Shown piece by piece: positions 1 through 11,194 of a stretch of 64,000 nucleotides of DNA; position 1 is the first letter of the stretch, and each line of letters begins with the position of its first letter. The notes under the pieces were generated by a model, which made no database searches, was not told the DNA's origin, and saw only the letters and a program-made list of their open reading frames with translations. Source of the stretch: Massalongia carnosa (lineage: Eukaryota); assembly GCA_965645245.1 (NCBI GenBank), contig OZ287073.1, positions 930,001 through 994,000 on the forward strand, in the 5' to 3' direction. A program made the position numbers and the translations under genes.

Positions 1-1736
1 AGCCATAGCACCTTTGAAAAAGCGATCGACACGCAACCTATAATTTCCGTCCATAGCATCATTTGTCTGTGTTGAATGGCGGTTGCGATTATGGTTATAA
101 TGGCTTGGGCTCACTGCCTCATAACGTGGATAGCGGGTAGTCTAATCTTCTCTAGGAAGGTTTTAGGTTTAGCGTGCTTTGCCCTTTGGTGAAAAGTCTG
201 CTCTTTTCCTTTTAGATAGCTTCATAGTCAATGCGATCACCTGCAACCAGAGTCTCCTTTTAACTGTCTGCATGCTTCTTTGAAGTTTAGTGCCAAAGAT
301 GATGACCTCAGTGGAAGTGCGAGGTGTTCTGGCCAATAATGGGGCCGATGGTGGGGGTGGAGGGGGAGTCGGCCTTTGACGACTTTGCGCCTCGATTTTC
401 GAGATGACCACATTCGGATTATAAGGCACTAGTCCTGTGTTTCTGAATGCAGCTAAAATCGTCGATTTGGTGAATGTTTTGAGGCGCATATCCTGAAAAA
501 TCGACAAAAAGTCGATCTTGTTTAACTCCCCTCCTCCGGCACGAATAGCCTCATCAATGGCCTCAGCATGATAGTGTTTAAAAGGCTGAAACCATCCAAC
601 GTCCAGTGGTTGGGTTAAATGAGTGGAATGAGCAGGTAATCTGAACAATTCGATATGCTTGCTCTGTGCATACTCGAAAAATTCATACGTCATATGAGAT
701 CCATATCCGTCCAAAATCAACAACCTCCATGCACCAATTTGCCCTTTTGCACTATGTTTATCAAAAATTTTCAACCAATCAATAGCGAGATCATCATTCG
801 AATAACCAGTTGAACTGACGGCGAAAAGAATGTCATCATCCAAATCATTTTCCAGGGCCCATTTCTCTTTGCTTTTACGCCAGGAAGTATGATCATGGGG
901 GGAATATCCCTTCCTCCACCACTACTACTCTCCACCGAGGTAATGTAGTCTCTGTTGTCTGGATCCTTCATCAAAAGAGGCTTATGAGAATGAGTCGAAA
1001 TTACCCAATGAGCTTTTCCACAGCCAATTCGAAAGCCCGTTTCATCCATGTTCCAGGTGTCCTCGTCCACGATTCCCCTCAATTCTCGAAGGACCTTGTA
1101 CTGCTCAAAATGCTTTATCATACTCTCCGAATCGTGTGAATGTTTACGCTAAACAGCGAGGGGTTTCTGTTTACGTTTGAAGTACTCCGGATGACATTTT
1201 AAAAATCGTCTGGTCCACATGGCGCTTACGGTAGGAAGTGGAGTGTCGGTTTGATCACGATCAATTTGTCCAACTAATGCTCGACCGAGCAGGTAATTAG
1301 CAGCTCCACGAACCATCGAGAGCTTAGCTGATTGTTCCATATGATCCAATCGCTCAATATAAGCACAAATAGCTTTTTCTTGTGCATCTGTAAGTGCTTT
1401 GTTGCTTGGTGAACGAGTTGATTTCGAAGCCCCTCCATTGAGCCTTCGACGAAGTGTCCTCGAATCGACGTGAAATTTTCGAGCGACAGCGCTGGCACTA
1501 GAATAATCACCACTGTTATACGCGCTGATGGCCTCATCTAGACGATTTTCAGAGTCCCAGAACGAATCAGACATGGTGGTGTGGAGTAGGCACGCGTTTG
1601 GTGAAGGATGAAATAAATGGTTAATTTGGTCTTTGAACCGTTTTGGACTTTGAGCCGTTGGGCACTAGTAAGCGAAAACGATTACTGGTGGTGTGGCACG
1701 ATTAGCCATTGTTGTCCGCAATTAGTAGCGAAGTGG
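1..1736 (-). mobile_element. pogo/Fot1-like DNA transposon, degenerate (frameshifted transposase 1574 to <1), interrupted by a solo LTR; other end outside the window
   Basis: ORF fragments 1149-1574 (HTH/CENP-B-like), 771-1121 (WNMDETGF) and 169-843 (RLLILDGYGSH, HLTQPLDVGWF) are typical DDE_1 pogo motifs. Right boundary inferred from TA at 1737-1738; the partner TIR is not visible. Confidence 0.85.
70..265 (+). mobile_element. Solo LTR of the copia family at 11195-16431
   Basis: Near-identical to the LTRs at 11195-11392 and 16242-16431; TGTTGA...TTAACT; 5-bp TSD GTCTG (65-69, 266-270). Confidence 0.95.
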
Positions 1737-2287
1737 TAGTCAGTAGGCTGAATGCGTCAGTAGGGGGCACTAGACCCTGACTCGGTGGGGGTTTAGTGTT
1801 TTGGGATCATTGCAGCTGCCCGATAATGCAGAGCGAAACTCATTGCTGCTCAAATTCCTGCCGCGAGCCGCAATGAATAACTCTTGTAGCGAAAATGCAG
1901 GGCGATAGGCTCACTCTTTTATCATTTACGAGTTCTCTTCTCATTTTCTTGGTTACGGATTATGATCTGTGTGATGTACAGAGCAACAAGACTCTGCCCG
2001 AGTGATAGATAGGACAGCGGATGGGTTTTACTTCCTACCTCTGCGAGCATCAGCCTCGAGTCAGCTCGCTGGGCCACAAATCTGCATGGTGGCTGTTTTC
2101 AACATTTCAAATTTAGGCTTCAGAGGCGCCCACGACTAACTCTACACCCCCCCTCCCGCTTTACATCCGTCAACCTAAGTGTACATAACACACGTCAAGA
2201 ATTTCATTCATTTCTCTTTCCTCGTCTCCTGTTTTTTTTCGTCTTTCACATTTTTAGTATTAGCTTTTGTTATCTTTGGCCGATACA

Positions 2288-3786
2288 ATGCTAGGTTCTA
2301 CGCTGAGTCCCTTAATAGGCGCATCGGCCACAACACCTGCAACCTCTCCTATTATAACCACGACCGGGAGCGAGATTAGTAGTGTACCTAGTTCTATTTC
2401 ATCAACTATAATCCTTCTATCTACGACCTTAGAATCAACTCCTGGGCCCACACCTACAAGTTCTCAGACCTCTCCAACAACCAACTTAACCTCATCTTCG
2501 GGATCCCAGACCCCATCAATAAATCCCGCAGCCTCATCAACAGAGTCCCAGACCTCAGCAACAAACCCCGCAGCCTCATCAACAGAGTCCCAGACCTCAT
2601 CAACAAAGTCCTCAAAGACTTATCTACCGAAGATAGACTCTAGTAGCCTACAAGCAGCTTCAAACTCAAATTTATTGACTTCGACTTCATCATCTCCAAC
2701 TTCTACACCAAGGCCGCCACCTAAAGACTCGATCGCGCCTGGCACAGCTGCTGGCATAGGAGTTGGAAGCGCTATAGTTGGTGCTCTTTTGGCGGCCATC
2801 ATATTTTGGATTATCATGCGCAAATCCCGGAACAGTCAAGGCAGAGCGCGCATAGAAGAAACTCATCTACACAACCCTGTGCATGGGGAGAACCTAGTGC
2901 GGTCAAGTTACACTGACACTACAAAAGTCACAAATGAAAAACCAAACATTGAAGTAATTGGTGAAGGGTCTCTACCGCAGCCACTAGATGACCATGCCAT
3001 TGGTGGAGAAATGTCAAAATTCCGTACGCTCATTAAGAATCATGTCAAAAGCTATTATCAAACCGCCTCGTCAAGCGCGATGGCCAACAATATTGATCAT
3101 ACCATCTCAGAAATGCTTGGACGCAATGCTCCTATGATAGCCTCAACCCTGAAAACGCTGCTTTCAAGTCCACACACAAGGATCATCGCTATAAGGTTTT
3201 GCATCGCATGGGTGGTATTCTCAAGAATAGAGCCTAGTTGCGGACTTTCTCTAACATTCCTCCCACCCGAGATTGCAGAGTGTTTAAGGTTGATATCAGG
3301 GCCAGAGGATCATCAACCAAGTAAGGGCTCTCGTGGTATCTAGCTCTTGGAGCTTATTGGCTAACAGCTTTATTAGGTCACGCAGCTTTTGTGAGTCGTT
3401 GGCGTACGATCTCGGCTTTCCTCCTCCAAAAAACCTATGGCGAAAGTACTTTTCCGCGCACTGATTCTCGTTGGCGTAATACAAAAAAGGCCCTCCAGAC
3501 TCTAGATGTTATCCTCTATCCATACGCCCATAGACGGTATGATAACGCTGAACGCCTAAATAAACTCGAGGAGATACTCAAACGCGGCGCTCGCTTTGGC
3601 TTCTTAATTTTCTCGCAGCCCAGCCTCTTGCACTTCGATTGGGATAGACATGATGATACCTCCACAGCGAGTGTTATAATTTTCCCAGCTTTGCTGCAAA
3701 TTTCGGATGACAATGGACAGATTCTGGTCAACCCTAGGGTCCTGGGTGACCAAGAGATTGTACCGGCGTTCAATGGCGCGCCATGA
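2288..3786 (+). CDS. Ser/Thr-rich single-pass membrane protein (Mid2/mucin-like architecture), one intron 3321-3376; true 5' end may include an upstream exon
   Basis: S/T-rich N-terminus and TM helix GTAAGIGVGSAIVGALLAAIIFWII followed by RKSR. The GTAAGG...GCTAAC...TAG intron joins ORF 2267-3343 to ORF 3391-3786 in frame. Internal 42-bp duplication (NPAASSTESQTS x2). Confidence 0.75.
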
Positions 3787-4252
3787 AGTTTCTGTTGCCT
3801 TGCTGATTAGAAAATACTCGTTCCCTGCAAGTCATTCCCTATCGTAAAAATACATGCTGATATATATTCTCCTCGTAGGTTGACAGTCTCTAAGCGAGGA
3901 TCTGGGTGAGACTGAGATTTTTTTCGCTCTTTACTTTAGTTTAGCTTACATAATCAAGAATTTAATCGTTGTTTTAAACGACTCTTACTTCGCTCACACA
4001 ACAATAATCATGTCTCCTAAACATAATGCTGCGGTTATCGAAGATCGGAGGAAAAAAATAGAATTCGAACGGGCGAAACACAAGAAGCCTGCTGAGAAGA
4101 AGTATCTATTATCGCTTGACATGAGCTCGTTTTAAAGTAACTCGTTATTAATAAAGACAAATAATTGTTTATGAGGCACGTTGGGGTCCTGAGGCAGAAA
4201 TCGAAGGTGAAGAAGGCGAAATTTTGGAGACAAGAGTTCGGGCTATGCCCGA

Positions 4253-4577
4253 TGTTGGTGTTATGCTAAAATGTTAGCCTAACGGGTAAGGTTAGGCAAC
4301 TGGTGACTGCTTAACCGGAATAGGCTTAGGATAGATTAGCCAGTGGGTGTTCCCTTCCAAATATTCGCACCAAGGTGATCAATTCTCCCTCTAATTGTAA
4401 CAGGGGTGGTAATAAGTCACCTAAGCCACTGAGCCAAAAGGCTACTATGGTAGTTCTCCTATGGAGACACTACCGCTATATATAGGTGCCCGCGCCCGGT
4501 ACGTCACCGTACCTCCTTAGGCGCTCATGTATTGCGCCCGCTGGCTAGCAGTACTGAGTACCGCTGTAACACTAATA
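4253..4577. mobile_element. Solo LTR (325 bp)
   Basis: TGTTGGTGTTA...TAACACTAATA (terminal IR with two C>T changes); exact 5-bp TSD CCCGA. Confidence 0.85.
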
Positions 4578-4906
4578 CCCGATTTTTTGAATGTTATCGG
4601 TCATAAAAGGTATGAGCTCGTTATAAATGATGATATTTATTACTGATGAGCTTGTTTAAAACGTATATAGGAGATGTCAAAGGGCGAAAATATTTCGTTG
4701 GGTTTAGACGAGGTTGATCTCGTGCTTATAATGCGTCGATGCTCGAACAATGAATGTTCGAGAAGCAAATTATTTCAAATGCCAAAATAAAAGTAAAATC
4801 ATCAATATCTGCTCGTTTTATACGAGCTCGACCTAATATTTGATATTTATAGAAAGCGGCGCAAGAGGAGTTGACTTTCGAAGATCGTCGAGAGCATTGT
4901 GTTTGT

Positions 4907-5158
4907 TGTCACGATTCTACCTTTTGCCTTTAGGAACTAAGCCTAATCGAGCACCTACGGAAACCGTAGACCTGTCGGCCGGCCGGCAGGAGTCACGAGA
5001 TAGCGCGGAAAACTCTTTCGCAACCTTACTGAATAGGGACTAGAGAGCGCGTTGCTTTATAGGGAACGAGTCCGACTTTTCGTGTCTTTCTTTCCTCTTT
5101 ATCTTTATTGTTTTCGTTCATGGCGTCCCTATGACTAGCCTCTAGGTAGACCGTAACA
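4907..5158 (+). mobile_element. Solo LTR (252 bp), related to 16771-17020
   Basis: TGTCACGATTCTAC...GTAGACCGTAACA; TSD TTTGT; inserted at the very end of the next LTR. Confidence 0.9.
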
Positions 5159-5160
5159 TT

Positions 5161-5529
5161 TGTGACGGTTCAACCAGGATGTGGAATTGACTATCTACTG
5201 GGAAGCTATGCACTAGAAAATATCAAAGATGCAGAAAGGAAACAAGCAAAAGGTGCCCTCTCTAGGAGTCTATATAGATAATCGCTTGGCCCGATCCAGC
5301 TGCTTGTGTCTTCATCAATAAGTGAACAGTTTGGTTAAACAGTCTTTCTGCCCTTTGTCCCTTTTATCCATTTGTGTTTGCTTTAGAAGGTCGTTCCGAT
5401 GCGTCCCTTTCAGACCTCCGTTGATTGCCCCTATGATTGCTAAAAGGGTTGAGTAACGGAAGCGGTTAGTGCGCCGGCAGATGCCGTACTTTCTTTTGAT
5501 TGGCCGTGGGTGGATGTGGTTGAACCGTG
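5161..5529 (-). mobile_element. Solo LTR, inverted copy of 17219-17585
   Basis: Reverse-complement near identity to 17219-17585 over about 365 bp; terminal ACA missing at the right end. Confidence 0.85.
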
Positions 5530-5950
5530 CGTCTTTTTGAGATCATACTGAGCGAATGATCTTATAAAAAAGTAAGTAAATACATCGAACATGTTTATTG
5601 TTAACAAGCTCGTTTGATGATGATGATGATGTATTCATACTCCGATATGTCACCGGCCGTAGGCCGGCCCATGCGGGCAAAGCTATCTAAGTTATGTTAT
5701 ATGGAAAACCTTTTTCAGGTGTAAAAACCATATCCCTTGATACCTGTCCGATGTGACACCGGGTCGACGTCGGACAGGAGACGCAGAGCGAAAATCATGT
5801 GAGAACTGTGACGCCTTGTGAGATAAGAAGGAAAAGAGAAGTGAAACTACTGTTAATTGTACAATAGTGTAGATGCCAGTGAGAATTGGGTCAGTAGACC
5901 TGTTTTCATTAGCCAAGTAGTTAATATCTTTAGAGTTTTTGATGTTTTGG

Positions 5951-8900
5951 TCAGCTGTTGATAGTTGTTCGTGCCAGCGGCGCGAACATCTGTTCTCTAT
6001 TGTCAATAAGTCTACAGAACATAATTACGTGTTCTGGAGTTTGTCTGTGCCAGCCACATGGGCAGGCCGGTGAGGTGACGGCGGGGACCCGTCGCTGGTA
6101 GAGGAAATCAGCTAGACCGATCTTACCGGTGCGGATCTGTGTTGCCAGGGCGCTTTCTGCCTTTTTTAGCAGCGTGTGTATTTTCAGTCGTTTTTCGCTC
6201 AGTGGGACTGATTGCGCTATGGAGGGTTCGGCGACGCGATTTTGATATGCGCTCCACAAGTCGTTCCAGACTTTCAGCTGTCGTGATTTAATTGTCTGCA
6301 TTTGTTTTTGACGAGCCAACGCTGCTACGGAGACTCCGCGGAGATGCGCTGGGGAGGGTTCGGACCATGGTGGGTGTGCTTTGGGTGGTTGAACGAATTT
6401 TGCGTCGATCAGTAGGTTTTTGGCCCAGATGTGCTTCAGCTCTCCCGGAGTGGATTTTTGAAGGCATTTGCGACCTGCCTTGCCTCGGAGTTTATTAACT
6501 ATTTTGCTGCATGCAGAAGAAATGACCTTCGATTGACCTCCAGCTCGAAATCGATGTCTGGCCTGCGCCTGTAGCGTGTCGAGGTGTACATCTATGGGTG
6601 CTATGTATGTCTCTGCTTCAAGAACTGGAATGGGAGTGGCTTTAAAGGCACCGGCTATGGTGCGAAGGCAGTCGTTTTGCATAACGGAGAGCTTGCTCGT
6701 TGACGTTTTTGACTTTTTGACTTCTTTGGGCATGTGCCATACGGTTGACCCGTATGTCATGACCGGACGCACTACGGCGCTGTAAACTTGCCTTGCTTTG
6801 GTGAAGGTGGCACCCCAAGTCGATGTGGAGATTTTTGTCAATGCCATGGATTGTTTAACTATTTTCTTTTGCGTTTTGCGAACGTGCGGTCCCCATTTCA
6901 ATTTGGTGTCAATTTGCAAGCCTAAGACTCTAATGTCCGTTTTTGGTTCAATTTTGGTACTTGCAATGTTGATAGATGCAGCTATATTGAATCTTTTGGG
7001 ATTTCTAGACAAGTGAATGAGTTCGTACTTCGTAGGATCGAATAGAGATCCGTGTCGTGAAGCCCACTTTTCGCATTGTCTGTGTATTGACTCCAGAGTC
7101 TTGCAACTCTCTTCGGTGCTTTTTCCATATGCCAAAATGTTGGCATCGTCTACAAATCCTATGGCACTTGTGTTTGTGCCTGGTCACTCACATATTTCCA
7201 ATAGGTCTGCATTATAGAATAGATAAAGGATGGATGAGAGAGGGGAGCCCTGTGGTATGCCAGTTCTCACCGCGAATCGTCCGGTCGCTTTTCGATTTAT
7301 AGCTAGAGTTGTGCTACGATCATTTAAAAAGCTGCTTAACCAATCAGTAATCCATTTCGGGATTTTTCTTTTACGTAGATTGTGCGTTAGTCTTTGATGT
7401 GAAACTGTATCAAGCGCGCCGGCGACGTCCATGCTTAAAAGTGTGGCTACTTTATCTTTTCCTTGTCCCCAAATCGTGTGAACCTGTTCGGTTAACAACT
7501 CCAGAGCTGATTCTGTAGATCTGCCCTTTCTCGCTCCCATCTGTGTGTCGGGTAGGAGCCGATGTGTTTCCACTAAATAGGTTATTTTTGATCCTATGAT
7601 AGATTCCATTACTTTGCTGAGCGTGTTGAGTAATGCAATTGGTCGGTAAGCCTTTGGAGTGGTGTAATTTCCTTTGTCTATTTTTCTTAATGCTATTGTG
7701 TTTGCCATTTTGAAGGCTCGGGGATGGTACGAAAGTGTAACGCACGCCTGAAACAGAGGTGTTAATAGTTCAACAAGTTTTTCCGCGCATGCCTTGAGTA
7801 CTCTATTAGATATGCCGTCAGGACCCGGTGCTTTATCGGGCTTGAGCCGATGCAGGGCCTTCGACACTTCTGACCTGGTGATAATCATTGGACAGTGCGG
7901 CGATGTTGGATAGAAGGATCCTTCTATATCGCTTAAGTCGGCCGGTGGTGGTGCGGGAAAGAAAATGCTTTTCAGCATTTCGGCTTTCTCATCAAACGTG
8001 TCTGCTATTTGATCATTGAACTTTAAAGTCGGCATTTTGGGTACTTCTCTAGCTGAGTGACTTTTGTCTTTGGCCCATTTCGCTAGCCGCCACAGACCCT
8101 GAGGCGTTTCGGTAGCCTTACTGATCTCTTGACGAAAATTTGTCCTCTTTGCTTTTTGGATAATTTTCTGTTTCTTGTCATTAGATTTCATGTAGTTGGA
8201 CCAGTCCGCTGGATCTCGTGTGTCAGACCATATGCGGCGTAACTTTCGTGTGGCTTTGGTGGCAATATTGCATTCTTCTGTCCAGAAAGGCTTAGCATAT
8301 TCGCTAGGTTTCGCCCATGGAACGGCTGCATTGATGACATTTTGTAGGAATTTTTGAATCGATTCTGTGTACGTATCGATCTCGGCAGGTGTGCAGAGAG
8401 ACGTCGGTGGAGGTGCGTGGCGCTCGGCTTCCTTTAATTTTTCCAAATTCAGAAGTTTCCATGCCCTGCGTTTACTTTTTGGTTGCGACTCACTACCGAG
8501 TAGGATGCGGGTTGATATCGGTACATGATCGGACGATTGATTTAATTCTGGTCTGGTCATGCAGTGTTCAAGTCTTTCAACTAGATATTCTGACATGAAA
8601 ACTAGATCGATCGTGCTAAACGTGTTTCTTGCTTCCCATGTTACGGTGCCTTTCGGCAATGTTAGCGAAAGATTGAATTCATCGATGATATCTAACAATT
8701 GATCAGCTGCAGCAGGTTGTGTGGGTCTTGAAGGACCGTTCCAAAATGGATGATGCAGATTGAAATCACCAAGCAGGATATGATGCATGCCTTGGGTTAG
8801 CATGCTCCGAGCGGTCGATAGAGTGGAAGGGCTGTCAGTGGACGAATAGGAGGCAGGGGAGGGATTGTATACGTTGTGTATATGGATCACCTCCGCTACG

Positions 8901-9212
8901 CCTTCGGTGCATGTTTCTATTTTTAGCGTGCACATGTCGGCCGAGGGAAATTCTACTTCCCAGCTGTCAGTGTCTATTGAATCGTTGATGTAGAAGCACA
9001 CTCTGGTGTCGCCTCCTGGGCGGTATAGAAGGTGAAAGCCACTTTGATGTGAACTGAGCGATGTGGGGGGCGGATGGGTTGCGCCACGGCTCCTGTATTG
9101 CAATGATATCATAGTCCTGGGTGTTTGTGTCTGCTAAGAGGGGTATCATAGTACTCACTCTGTCATTTCTGACATTATACTGCAATATCGAGAGGGATTT
9201 TGTGTCCCTCAT
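5951..9212 (-). pseudogene. LINE ORF2 (endonuclease-reverse transcriptase), frameshifts near 9080 and 7185; no recognisable RNase H
   Basis: ILQYNV, IIAIQEPW, LLGDFNLHH, SDHVPI (APE); KAPGPDG, YRPIALL, GIPQGSPLS and out-of-frame FVDD (RT). Confidence 0.92.
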
Positions 9213-10690
9213 AGGATTTCCATGGTTTCGACCACTGTGACTGGGGTGGCCTGGGTACCTGTCGTTACTACGGATTCTGCACGGGGTCTACCTAGCGCTG
9301 GTTTTGCTAAGGCTTTGATCATGTTTTCAAGATTCATAATGCCTATATTAGCCCAGGTTGATACTTGCTCTCCTCGGGGGAAGCCAGGTGATAAATCGGC
9401 TGAGAGCCCCGCGTTGTGCATTTTTCTTTTCTTGCCGTTCACAATCTTCCACGTTGACGAAATTTCGTTCGTTTGTGTAGCTGCGAGTGTCGGCGCTCCT
9501 TGAAACTGGAATGAGGGCGACTGTGACTCGATTGTGTATAGTGGAGCGCGATTTTGCATAGCAATTTCAGTTTTTCGCTTTTCAGCCTTTCTAATTTTGC
9601 ATGCTGTAGACCACGCCTCGTGTCCCTTCTCTCCGCATACGGCACATCGACGGTATTGCCCCGTTGTCTCCAAGTTGCATTCTTTACTTTGATGTCCACC
9701 GGCACAGTGACCACAAGCGGCGGGATTGCGACATGATCTACCTATGTGGCCATATTTCTGACAATTGAAGCATTGGGTCATGGTGCAACCGCGTGTAAAA
9801 CGCTCACAGTCTTTTATTTCGTAGTCCTCCATCAGGCCCTCGGTGATGAGCCGGTTGGCCATCTCGGTGGTAGCGAACTCCATGTGTAGCGTGGAGTATG
9901 CTTTCTTCTCCCTGATGGCCTTGACTGACCAAGCTACTTTGATGATCTTGAGGTCAGGATGCAGGCGTGCGTTAGCGGCCTGCAGGTACGCGATAGCAGT
10001 TGATTGATTGGCCACTTTGATGTTTTCCACCCTGATTCCATTTGCCCTTACCGTGAAGGTACGAGTATTCACCGCTGCGGAGGCGGCCATTATGCGGGTC
10101 CAGTCGGTCTTTTCCTGCAGAATTTTCTTTGCCTCCAATGACTCCGTGTGAATCCTTATGTCGCCATTTAACAAGCGCGACACTCCTCGTATTCCTTCCG
10201 CTCAATTTTGCAATGTTTCTACCAGCTCTTTGGTTGGCCTCAGCTTTATTTTTTCCCTATCTGCATTCTCCGTTATGTGAACAGTGATTTCTCGAGCGCG
10301 TCGCGCTTCCTTCGGTGTAGGTGTTTTGTCCTTTGAAGTCGGTTGGGACTTGACATTTTTGTTCGCTGGGGGTGCGGGTCTATCACGACCTCGCCCTGTG
10401 GCGGCAGCGGCGTAGCTTTGGGGAGTTGTATCCTTCCGTTCTATGCGTGTCAGTGTTTGTTGAATAGATTGTAGAGTGTCATTGAGGATATTGGGCGCCT
10501 TTGCGACTTCGTCGTCGATCTGCTTTTGCGCTTCCAAAAGCTCCGCTGAATTTTTCAGCAACTGTAACGCCACCGGGTCACCCACAGTGCCCACACGATC
10601 AAGATAATCCTTGATTTTCTCACGCAAGCTTTCCTTCTTTTCGCTATGTTCATTCAAGAACGCGTTTTGCTGATTGAATGAATTCATCAT
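9209..10690 (-). pseudogene. LINE ORF1 (gag-like), frameshift near 10200
   Basis: ORFs 10202-10690 and 9209-10183; QCFNCQKYGHIGRSC, CGHCAGGHQSKEC and CAVCGEKGHEAWSTAC knuckles. Confidence 0.9.
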
Positions 10691-10787
10691 TAAAATAAAT
10701 CTAAATCCGAATCGGTCAACAAGCTCGTTTTAAACAGTATTAAATAATCATTAAAAACGAAAGAGCAAATGTTGCTGTCGATCTTTT

Positions 10788-11150
10788 TGTCACGGTCTGT
10801 AGGCAGAGGTCCTATCCATGTGGTGAACAGTGCTTTATTATGAAGTATGCTACATGATAACTAGACAAGACGAACACGAAGAGAAAAGCATTGCCTGTGT
10901 TGTAGAGGTGGAGTGGACCTCCACCAGATGGGCAGATGACAGGTGTACGCGAGGGTCAGTGCTACCGAGCACTACTGCCGGCAGTCACATGATCGCCCCT
11001 GAGCTGTCAGTTATAGTCCCGCTCGCCCACTTCTTCTGTTCAGTTTATCCTTCATCTCTTCATCCAGTCAGCTAGTCAGTGCGCACGTAGCAACTTGACG
11101 ACGACGATGACCTGATCATTAATTTCTTTTCATATGATGGCCCAGTGACA
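10788..11150. mobile_element. Possible solo LTR (363 bp)
   Basis: TGTCAC...GTGACA termini and typical size, but no matching TSD. Confidence 0.45.
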
Positions 11151-11194
11151 GTACGATTGATTCATAGACGCACACTACCCAGTTTATCCTCCTT

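Larger units (their letters stand above)
4010..5571 (+). pseudogene. Decayed multi-intron gene of the scaffold element (MSPKHNAAVIEDRRKK...), interrupted by three solo LTRs
   Basis: ATG at 4010. GT-AG introns 4102-4156, 4610-4670, 4793-4852 and 5572-(LINE)-10737. Exons 1-2 read in frame once the 4253-4577 LTR is removed; later exons have stops/frameshifts. Confidence 0.5.
5616..10717 (-). mobile_element. Near full-length Tad1-like LINE (non-LTR retrotransposon), frameshifted
   Basis: Gag-like ORF1 with CCHC knuckles; ORF2 with APE endonuclease, RT and C-terminal CxC..HxxxxC; (ATC)n tail at 5616-5631; exact 13-bp TSD AACAAGCTCGTTT (5603-5615, 10718-10730). Confidence 0.95.

Noticed and set aside
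5640..5690. Self-cleaving ribozyme in the LINE
   Set aside because: The structure is at the 3' end and lacks hammerhead or HDV core motifs; better explained as an RT recognition hairpin.
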